32,000 bases of DNA from Candidatus Saccharimonadota bacterium (GTDB taxonomy: Archaea > Micrarchaeota > Micrarchaeia > Micrarchaeales > Micrarchaeaceae), in assembly GCA_963705375.1 (NCBI GenBank), contig OY970071.1:990001-1022000 (forward strand), in the 5' to 3' direction. Shown in pieces: positions 17,730-24,229 of the stretch (within the stretch, counting starts at the first letter, position 1; the number at the start of each line of letters is the position of its first letter). Both the position numbers and the translations under genes were made by a program. The notes below the pieces were generated by a model. That model made no database searches. It saw nothing but the letters and a program-made list of their open reading frames with translations, and had not been told where the DNA came from.

Positions 17730-17750
17730 CCTTATAATATTATTATAAGG
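17730..17750. promoter_or_regulatory. Perfect 10-1-10 palindrome (candidate TA operator overlapping the TATA-like promoter)
   Basis: ccttataata-t-tattataagg was verified base by base as its own reverse complement apart from the centre. It lies 29 nt upstream of the antitoxin ORF start. Confidence 0.5.
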
Positions 17751-17778
17751 TGTTAAAACGACTAACATAAACATAGGA

Positions 17779-17985
17779 TTGTCCGGATACACTGCAGAAG
17801 TTATCCAGCGGATGGTGGATCTGGGTTATGCTAAAACAAAAACAGAAGCGATACGTCTTGCGCTGTTCGAATTTGATAACATTTACAAGCTAACTGAAGA
17901 TGCTTTATATGCAAAGGCCACGCAAAAGATGATAAAGGAGATTGCTGCTGGTAAAGAAAAGGTTCGCAAATATGCTATGAAGTGA
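17779..17985 (+). CDS. Ribbon-helix-helix (CopG/RHH-like) antitoxin
   Basis: 68 aa. The string ...GYAKTKTEAIRLALFEF matches the RHH helix pattern (sKSEaIR.AL). The stop lies 4 nt before the toxin ATG. The start is uncertain: TTG at 17779 is the only canonical start, but the frame is open from 17749 and encodes a beta-strand-like INIGLS just upstream. Confidence 0.6.
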   Translation: MSGYTAEVIQRMVDLGYAKTKTEAIRLALFEFDNIYKLTEDALYAKATQKMIKEIAAGKEKVRKYAMK

Positions 17986-17989
17986 CGCG

Positions 17990-18244
17990 ATGCAGGTATA
18001 TTCTACTAATGAATTTCTTAAAGACATTAGGAAGATCTCTGCAAAAGACAAAGAAAGACTAAACAAAATAATAAAACAACTGTTGCTGAAAGAAATTTCT
18101 GGAAAACAACTGCACCACTCCACAAACACCTTCTCAATAAGGCTCGAAAATAAACGACTAATCTACCAAGTTGTGGAAAAAGAAGACAAACTAATTCTTC
18201 TATTCTTTAAAAGCAGAGCGGACGTCTACGAATACCTTAAATGA
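17990..18244 (+). CDS. RelE/ParE-superfamily toxin
   Basis: 84 aa. The pattern F.KD.RK.....KERL.K.IK.L........GK.L......FS.R....RLIY.V......L.LL.F..R..VY is typical of RelE/ParE-type mRNA interferases. The gene is tightly coupled to the upstream antitoxin. Confidence 0.65.
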   Translation: MQVYSTNEFLKDIRKISAKDKERLNKIIKQLLLKEISGKQLHHSTNTFSIRLENKRLIYQVVEKEDKLILLFFKSRADVYEYLK

Positions 18245-18291
18245 GCTAACAACGAGTAATGCTCTCACATGGTGTGTGATTAACATCAATT

Positions 18292-18385
18292 TAGCTCCAT
18301 CCAGATTCGAACTGGAGTCTGCAGGTCCAGAGCCTGCCATCCTTTTATGGTTGCACGAGTGCAATGACCACTAGACGATGGAGCT
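18292..18385 (-). tRNA. tRNA-Gln (anticodon CUG) with ~20-nt insertion in the D-loop
   Basis: The reverse complement reads AGCTCCA TC GTCT [30-nt D-loop AGTGGTCATTGCACTCGTGCAACCATAAAA] GGAT G GCAGG CTCTGGA CCTGC AGAC TCCAG TTCGAAT CTGGA TGGAGCT A. It has a 7-bp acceptor stem, 5-bp anticodon and T stems, and an intact anticodon loop with CTG. No CCA is encoded. A TATA-like cttataaata lies about 27 nt upstream. Confidence 0.85.
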
Positions 18386-18436
18386 AAACACTTATATTAT
18401 CTGCGTCATATTTATAAGACGTTTGCAAGTGGTGCA

Positions 18437-19138
18437 GTGCGAGTCAGGTACAACATTTCTGCGTCCGAGGAGCTGAAGGACATAGTTCTAGCTGACGCCG
18501 TGCTCATATTGGCATTCGCACTCACCATAGCTGGCGGTCTCGGCTCGCTGACCTCTGATCCCCATACGTTTGTGCAGACGCTTGTCTATTTTCTGCCAAT
18601 AGCTGCGCTCGGAGTCACGCTGAGCTTCATATTGCATGAGCTGATGCACAAATTCGTGGCGCAGCATTACGGTGCGGTAGCAGGGTTCAAGGCGAGCCGC
18701 AACGGATTGATCATAACGCTGGTAACTGGCTTTTTCGGATTCCTGCTTGGCATTCCTGGCGCGACCATGATATACACGAGCCGATTTACGACAAAAGAGG
18801 ACGGCATAGTCTCCTTGGCAGGCCCGCTTACAAATTTCGTGGTTTTTGCAGTGTTTCTTGCGCTGCTATTCCTGATAGCTCCGCAGCAGAATAGTTACGT
18901 CTATAACGCAATCACGTACACCCTTTTCATAAGCATATTCCTTGCGTTCTTCAACATGCTGCCGATTCCGCCGCTCGACGGCAGCAAGGTCATACGATGG
19001 AGCAAGCCAGTGTATTTTGCCACGATGGGCATCATACTTGTCCTGATGATCGTCTTCCAGGTGGCGTCCTTGAGCACAATACTGTACATGCTTGCGATAG
19101 CGCTGTTCTTCTCCTTCTTCTACAGGGCAGTGTTCTGA
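18437..19138 (+). CDS. Site-2 protease (peptidase M50) family membrane metalloprotease
   Basis: An HExxH motif sits within a TM helix (FILHELMHKFVAQHYG), and a second motif FNMLPIPPLDGSKV (NxxPxxxLDG) is present. There are multiple TM helices. Start is GTG. Confidence 0.85.
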   Translation: MRVRYNISASEELKDIVLADAVLILAFALTIAGGLGSLTSDPHTFVQTLVYFLPIAALGVTLSFILHELMHKFVAQHYGAVAGFKASRNGLIITLVTGFFGFLLGIPGATMIYTSRFTTKEDGIVSLAGPLTNFVVFAVFLALLFLIAPQQNSYVYNAITYTLFISIFLAFFNMLPIPPLDGSKVIRWSKPVYFATMGIILVLMIVFQVASLSTILYMLAIALFFSFFYRAVF

Positions 19139-19273
19139 CAGGATTGTGATATCTGTCAAATTCCAACCGGCAACGTCTACGCCTTTTGTCTAAAACCATG
19201 TGCTTGCTTTTTAAACCTTTCGGTTGAAGACTAAGAAGGTATATATATCTCTTAATCGCACGTAATCTAGGCG

Positions 19274-19283
19274 TAAATATTTA
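19274..19283 (+). promoter_or_regulatory. TATA-like box upstream of tRNA-Leu
   Basis: taaatattta is centred about 32 nt upstream of tRNA position 1 (19310). This is slightly further than the canonical distance of about -27. Confidence 0.35.
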
Positions 19284-19309
19284 ACTTGCAAATAACAAAT
19301 CACGAGCAT

Positions 19310-19406
19310 GCAGGGATAGCAAAGCCTGGTCAAATGCGACGGACTCAAGATCCGTTGGCTTAGGCCTTCGAGAGTTCAATGCTTTGAGCAAATCTCTCTC
19401 CCTGCA
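19310..19406 (+). tRNA. tRNA-Leu (anticodon CAA) with 12-nt insertion in the T-loop
   Basis: Sequence: GCAGGGA TA GCAA AGCCTGGTCAA ATGC G ACGGA CTCAAGA TCCGT T-GGC-TTAG-GCC-TTC GAGAG [TTCAATGCTTTGAGCAAAT] CTCTC TCCCTGC A. It has a long variable arm typical of Leu and the D-loop AGCCTGGTCAA typical of archaeal tRNA-Leu. The T-loop is 19 nt instead of 7. No CCA is encoded. Confidence 0.85.
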
Positions 19407-19461
19407 TATTATGATTAATTGGCGAAGAAGGCATATCGGCGAAGAAGGTATGGTGATTTAA

Positions 19462-20127
19462 ATGGCGAAGAAAAGAACCTCGAAAAACAACAAGACGTCT
19501 AGACCAAAGTTCCGCGAATCGAAGATTTTTGAAGTTCCAAATTATGCGCAGAGCGAGGCATTTACTAGTTCTGCCGCATGCGCGATGATGATGCTCAAGT
19601 TCATGAACAAGGACATGCGCTTGCGCAAGGAGATGGAGTTCGATATCTGGAAGGAAGCTGTTAACGGCAGCGTATGGCACGGATCTAGGTATGGCCTGGC
19701 TTACGCATTGGCAAAGAGAGGTGCGCGTACCCAGATAGTTAGCAATGCTAAGGACGAAGGTTATGAAAAGAAACTTGCAGTCTATGAAGGCATAAATCTT
19801 GATGCCCTTTCTGCGTCTTTCAACGAAATCAAGAATAAGGCAAAGTCGATGAAAATAAACGAGCAGTACGGCAATGTAACGCTCGCAATGATAAAGAAGC
19901 AACTGTCTACCGGAAAGATACCGATCGTGCTGATAAATGCAAGCACACTCAATCCTTATCTCGAGCCATCGCCGCACTGGGTTGTCATAAAGGGCTACGA
20001 CAAGGACGCTGTGTACATAAACGACCCGTATTCTGCTAACACCATAACAATGGAGCAGCAGGCGTTCAAGAGTGCGCTGGGATACGAGGGCGAATGCCAC
20101 ATGATAACTGTCAGCACAAGGAAATAA
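19462..20127 (+). CDS. Peptidase C39-like (papain-fold cysteine peptidase) domain protein
   Basis: 221 aa. VPNYAQSEAFTSSAACAMMML carries the Gln and catalytic Cys context. PHWVVIKGYD...YINDP carries the His and Asp context. The basic N-terminal tail is MAKKRTSKNNKTSRPK. Confidence 0.7.
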   Translation: MAKKRTSKNNKTSRPKFRESKIFEVPNYAQSEAFTSSAACAMMMLKFMNKDMRLRKEMEFDIWKEAVNGSVWHGSRYGLAYALAKRGARTQIVSNAKDEGYEKKLAVYEGINLDALSASFNEIKNKAKSMKINEQYGNVTLAMIKKQLSTGKIPIVLINASTLNPYLEPSPHWVVIKGYDKDAVYINDPYSANTITMEQQAFKSALGYEGECHMITVSTRK

Positions 20128-20187
20128 CTCCCTGCTTTTATAAAGCAGGCTCTTGCGAAGAAAGGCTCCAAGGAGCTATGCTCTGTT

Positions 20188-20565
20188 TCATATTCTTGCA
20201 AAGACTCCAGAGAGCCCTCTCGTCGCGCTACGCCTAAAGTTCAGGCGCAACTTCCATGGACTTATTGCTCTGATCCTGCTTCTGGTCGCGAAGCGCCTGT
20301 AGCAGTTCACGCACACGAGCCTCTTCTCAAGCGGCAATGGTGACGCGCTGTACACTTTTGAAGGCGCCACGAACTTAACCTCTCCTTTTATGAACGTCTT
20401 TGCACAGAAGGAGCACGTGTTTTCTATCAGGTATTTCTTATCAAGGTGCTCTGCGCACTTTATACAGTAATAAAGGCCATCGCTCGCAGCCATCTTCTTC
20501 GAGAAGCCATACACTGCGCTACCGCATCTTCTACACGAGTCGCTACTGTCTACCAATATATCCAC
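20188..20565 (-). CDS. Double zinc-ribbon protein with Arg-rich tail
   Basis: 125 aa with four CxxC pairs (CRRC, CIKC, CSFC, CVNC) spaced as two zinc ribbons. The C-terminal basic tail is RRFATRSRIRAISPWKLRLNFRRSATR. Confidence 0.5.
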   Translation of the reverse strand: MDILVDSSDSCRRCGSAVYGFSKKMAASDGLYYCIKCAEHLDKKYLIENTCSFCAKTFIKGEVKFVAPSKVYSASPLPLEKRLVCVNCYRRFATRSRIRAISPWKLRLNFRRSATRGLSGVFARI

Positions 20566-20804
20566 CCATCAAACACCCACCACGCTGTTTATCCGACACA
20601 TTCTGACGCTGTACAAACCTTACTGTACTTTACTGCACCCACCCTTCCCACACACCTTAATATTTTTCGCTTAGGACATATTTATACTTTTTCTTATTCG
20701 TGCAAAAAAGAGAATGGAAGTGCGTTTCGTTGTGGAAAATGCCCTAAAATTCGAAACAAAACATAGTTTCCGTGCGTCTTTTGAGTAAATGAAGCACACT
20801 GCCT

Positions 20805-22073
20805 CTACTGTGCCTCTGTATGCCGATTATCTTCAATGCCCTGCCTTTCCAAGATGCTGTCGAATGCGCTTTCAAGGTGCTCCGGTTTGCCTATGCCGAC
20901 CAGGATCGTTTCGTCTGCACCAGGTACCATCAAGTCATTTATGAAGGACACCTCCTCACCGCTGACGTTCTCATACGGGTCCTTGTTGGTGAAAGCGATG
21001 CAGCCGTAAGATTCGAATATATCGTTTTGTGTGCTGTCGGGCAAAGTCACGTCTTTCATTTTTATCGCAAATGCCCTGTTGTCCGCTTTCAATAGTTTTG
21101 CAAGCTCAGAATTGCTGATCAGCGCGCTTGTCACGTCAAACAGCTTCGCGTGCGCATCATTCTTTGAGCTTATGTGTTCTGGAGCGCTGCTCGAAAGACG
21201 ACGCTGCATCACCATGGCGCCTGCTATCAGTGCGATAGCATAAATGTAGTATGCCCTCATAGGTGCGAAACCCAGTGTCGCACTGATCAACACAGTGGCC
21301 AGAGGGATCGCGAGCGTTGCATTGCCAACCAACACAGGGTTCAGCACTTTGTAAGCATAGAAGTACAGAGTGGTGCCTACGCCGTATGTCACTATGCCGA
21401 GGAATAGCAGGACTAGCAAGGTTCCTGGAGTCACGCTTATCGCGAGAGGCACTTTCAAAACCAGGGCGAGCATGGCCACCATGACAAACGATGAAAGGTT
21501 GAACACCGCCACCGATGCAGTGGTGCTCGCATTGTAGAACTTCACTATGAGCACTGCAAGCGTGGCCGCGAGCGCAGAACCGATAAGAGCCAGCAGGTAT
21601 GGTGCCTCTGTTGGTGCTGCCGGAGGCAATAACATGCCCTGTGAGATTATCAGATAGACTCCGACGAATCCGACAAGTATCGCGCCGATCTGCAGCTTCT
21701 CCACTTTTGTCTTCAGGACGAATGGTGTGAGCAGCGCAGCGAAAAGGATCCAGCTCCTGTACATGATTCCTGCTATGCTCGGGTTAGTGCCTATCGTTCC
21801 TGCCGCAAGGAGAAGTTGAGAGATCGCGTTGTTGCACAGGCCGGCTGTGGCTATTATCGCAAGCCCTCTCTTTGATCGGCAAAGGGAATTCAGGCCTTTT
21901 TTGTCGTAGGCGTAGCTTATGCAAAGGGACACTACCGACGATATCAGGAACACATAGAAAAGCTTGGTTATGGGGCTTATGCTGCTGAACGTGTTGCCCA
22001 GCAGTATCGGCACCAATGAGAGCTCTACAAACGCTATCGCGAAGACGATTGCCCCTTTCTCTGCAATCTTCAT
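20805..22073 (-). CDS. EamA/DMT-superfamily transporter fused to an unrecognised ~115-aa C-terminal cytoplasmic domain (paralog B)
   Basis: 422 aa with about 10 TM helices. The soluble tail (AKLFDVTSALISNSELAKLLKADNRAFAIKMKDV...ETILVGIGKPEHLESAFDSI) aligns with the tail of the 10489..11736 protein. Confidence 0.8.
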   Translation of the reverse strand: MKIAEKGAIVFAIAFVELSLVPILLGNTFSSISPITKLFYVFLISSVVSLCISYAYDKKGLNSLCRSKRGLAIIATAGLCNNAISQLLLAAGTIGTNPSIAGIMYRSWILFAALLTPFVLKTKVEKLQIGAILVGFVGVYLIISQGMLLPPAAPTEAPYLLALIGSALAATLAVLIVKFYNASTTASVAVFNLSSFVMVAMLALVLKVPLAISVTPGTLLVLLFLGIVTYGVGTTLYFYAYKVLNPVLVGNATLAIPLATVLISATLGFAPMRAYYIYAIALIAGAMVMQRRLSSSAPEHISSKNDAHAKLFDVTSALISNSELAKLLKADNRAFAIKMKDVTLPDSTQNDIFESYGCIAFTNKDPYENVSGEEVSFINDLMVPGADETILVGIGKPEHLESAFDSILERQGIEDNRHTEAQ

Positions 22074-22187
22074 AGTCTATTTTTGCAACTGAAACTTTAT
22101 AGATGCGTGCTGTTCTGCAAACTTTGTTTGTATTTTTTTGCTCGAATGTAAAGAAAAGCTTATAAATTAGGGTAGATAAGCAAAAAT

Positions 22188-23195
22188 ATGGAATTCTTCT
22201 CAGGCGTTGACAAGATCATACTTAGAGGCATAAGCGAGGATGCCAGAACTTCTGTCACACAGCTCGCAAAGCAGTCAGGCTGCTCAAGGGTGACACTGAT
22301 AAAACACCTGCATGAGCTCGAACAGAAGCTAGGCATCGTGTACACGCTGGAAATAGACGACACGATGCTGGGCAACATGGAGCGTCACGTCATCGCAGTG
22401 AAATTTGTAGTGAAGCCAAAACCAAAACTGCTTGAAGATATCTTCAAGAACGATTCGCAGGCACAGATAGTGCTAACGACTGAAGGGGATTTCGACCTTT
22501 TCATATATGCTAGGTCCGGAAGCCCGGTCAGGTACATAATATGGGAGTCGCACATCGCGACTGAGCTTGCCGAATTCAAGCCTACGATACGTCCATCCGA
22601 ATTCATGTTTGCGCACACCGGCTTCTGGCCCTTGAATGACGGCTTCATTAGTGAAATAAGCAGCTCAGTAAAATTGGATGACAAGGACAAGCGCCTGCTG
22701 GTGCAGCTCAACAGGAACGCAAGAAGCTCCATCCAAAAGCTCTCAGAACGTACCGGCATGAAGGAAAGCACGGTGCGCTACCGGCTTGCGGGTCTGATGA
22801 AAAGCAAGATCATAAAGCGCTTCACTATAGCGGTGCAGAGGCCGCCTTACGGCTACGCTATGATCCACTTGCTGAATTACCGGTTCAGCAAGGGTTTTGA
22901 AGAGCGCATGCTTGACATTAGGCGAGTGTACCTTGGCATTGACGAAAAGGATTCTCCCCTTCTCAACACGCTTCAGATGATTGCACCGATAAGCGGCAGC
23001 TACAGGTCTCTTGGAATATCTCTGACCGAAGCAAAGGAGGATGCAGTAACGGGCATATTGGAGCCAAACGAGCGGATATTCCGCAAGGACAACGTGGAAG
23101 TGAGCCATGCCAGGATAACTGGCGTTGTAAAAGGCATCCTGCCATTCCGGAACATGGACGTGAAGAAAAACTATCTGCAGATAAGCTGGCGCTGA
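22188..23195 (+). CDS. Tandem (double) Lrp/AsnC-family transcriptional regulator (paralog B)
   Basis: Two HTH_AsnC-like units are present: ILRGISEDARTSVTQLAKQSGCSRVTLIKHLHELEQKLGI and LLVQLNRNARSSIQKLSERTGMKESTVRYRLAGLMKSKII. Each has a following RAM-like segment. The protein is collinear with the 11824..12861 protein and divergent from the EamA paralog B. Confidence 0.8.
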   Translation: MEFFSGVDKIILRGISEDARTSVTQLAKQSGCSRVTLIKHLHELEQKLGIVYTLEIDDTMLGNMERHVIAVKFVVKPKPKLLEDIFKNDSQAQIVLTTEGDFDLFIYARSGSPVRYIIWESHIATELAEFKPTIRPSEFMFAHTGFWPLNDGFISEISSSVKLDDKDKRLLVQLNRNARSSIQKLSERTGMKESTVRYRLAGLMKSKIIKRFTIAVQRPPYGYAMIHLLNYRFSKGFEERMLDIRRVYLGIDEKDSPLLNTLQMIAPISGSYRSLGISLTEAKEDAVTGILEPNERIFRKDNVEVSHARITGVVKGILPFRNMDVKKNYLQISWR

Positions 23196-23217
23196 AGGCC
23201 ATGTATTTTCATATGGC

Positions 23218-24162
23218 TTGCAAACATTAACCGTGCAAGTATTCGCTGGAAGTCTTAAATATCACCTAAAATCCAATATCCTCGTGCAGAAGACTAAAGT
23301 GCTGCAAGGAAACAGTCAGAGCCCTGAAAATATTTCAAGATTGTTGCGCTCCGGGCACGAAGAGGGCCTAGACGCAGTTCTGTCACTTCGAAGAGACCAG
23401 TTGCCGCACGGATCACTGCCACTTGACAGGCTCATGGTGGCAAAAGAGATAGAGTGTGCGCTACTGGATTGCATAGGGAAAGAAGAAAGCGGTGCAAAGG
23501 CGTACGCTACAATTGTAAAGAGCATCTCAAGACTCATGTCTTTATATTACACTGAAGACGGAAAGCTGTTGTACTCGATAACGCCCAAGCTCCAGACCCT
23601 TATCCCACATCTAGGTGAATATCTCTACACTGAGGTAGGCATAGCGTTGGATTTGGGGCTTCCTAAAAGTCTCATCGGAATAAGCCTCGCAAGATTCAGC
23701 ATGTCCAAAATCATCGACGCGTATTATTACGTCAAAGATGTGGCAGCAAATGGTGATGATGTTGTGGCAAGCAACTTCTCCTCTATAATCTCTGCTGCGC
23801 TTCGCAAAGGAGATCTGAATATTGCGTACAGCCTTGCGAAAGACGCAAAGATGACAAAAAATGATATAGTGGAGAAATACAAAGACAACAAAGTCGTGAT
23901 GGCACACCTTTCTAACATAATCAATGCGGCGCTTAGCAGAGGGGATCTGAATATTGCGTACGACCTTGCCGAGGGCGCGATGCCGACACAAGATAAAATA
24001 GTCGAGAAATACAAAGACAACAAGATCGTGATGGAACACATTTCCACCATAATCAGTATAGCGCTTAACAAGGCAAACCTGAACGTCGCGTACGACCTTG
24101 CAGAAAAGATTAAGAGCGCCTCCAAGAAAAGACTAAAGACTCTGATGTACACTCACTTATAG
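23218..24162 (+). CDS. Hypothetical protein with three 44-aa tandem repeats
   Basis: 314-aa ORF with an uncertain TTG start. The C-terminal half contains repeats VVASNFSSIISAALRKGDLNIAYSLAKDAKMTKNDIVEKYKDNK / VVMAHLSNIINAALSRGDLNIAYDLAEGAMPTQDKIVEKYKDNK / IVMEHISTIISIALNKANLNVAYDLAEKIK... Confidence 0.55.
   Translation: MQTLTVQVFAGSLKYHLKSNILVQKTKVLQGNSQSPENISRLLRSGHEEGLDAVLSLRRDQLPHGSLPLDRLMVAKEIECALLDCIGKEESGAKAYATIVKSISRLMSLYYTEDGKLLYSITPKLQTLIPHLGEYLYTEVGIALDLGLPKSLIGISLARFSMSKIIDAYYYVKDVAANGDDVVASNFSSIISAALRKGDLNIAYSLAKDAKMTKNDIVEKYKDNKVVMAHLSNIINAALSRGDLNIAYDLAEGAMPTQDKIVEKYKDNKIVMEHISTIISIALNKANLNVAYDLAEKIKSASKKRLKTLMYTHL
23761..24110 (+). repeat. 132-bp tandem repeat (about 2.6 copies) inside the CDS
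   Basis: Repeat units start at 23761, 23893 and 24025. As an example, gatctgaatattgcgtac occurs at 23812 and again at 23944, exactly 132 bp apart. Confidence 0.7.
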
Positions 24163-24229
24163 AGAGACACTAATACGTGCGCACTTCTAAGCCGTCAAGT
24201 GGCCACTGCTGAATCTGGCCAAGCCATAA

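Larger units (their letters stand above)
17606..18302 (-). mobile_element. Putative remnant of a tRNA-Gln-integrated element (AT-rich islet bounded by 14-bp direct repeats; cargo is a TA pair only)
   Basis: A 14-bp perfect direct repeat occurs at both ends, one copy being the tRNA 3' end. The interior is visibly more AT-rich than the flanks and encodes only an RHH antitoxin and a RelE/ParE toxin. No integrase is present. Confidence 0.4.

Noticed and set aside
19360-20100. A 246-aa minus-strand ORF.
   Set aside because: It lies antisense to the well-supported C39-like peptidase gene and overlaps the 3' part of tRNA-Leu. Its R/L/C/H-rich composition is typical of a shadow ORF.
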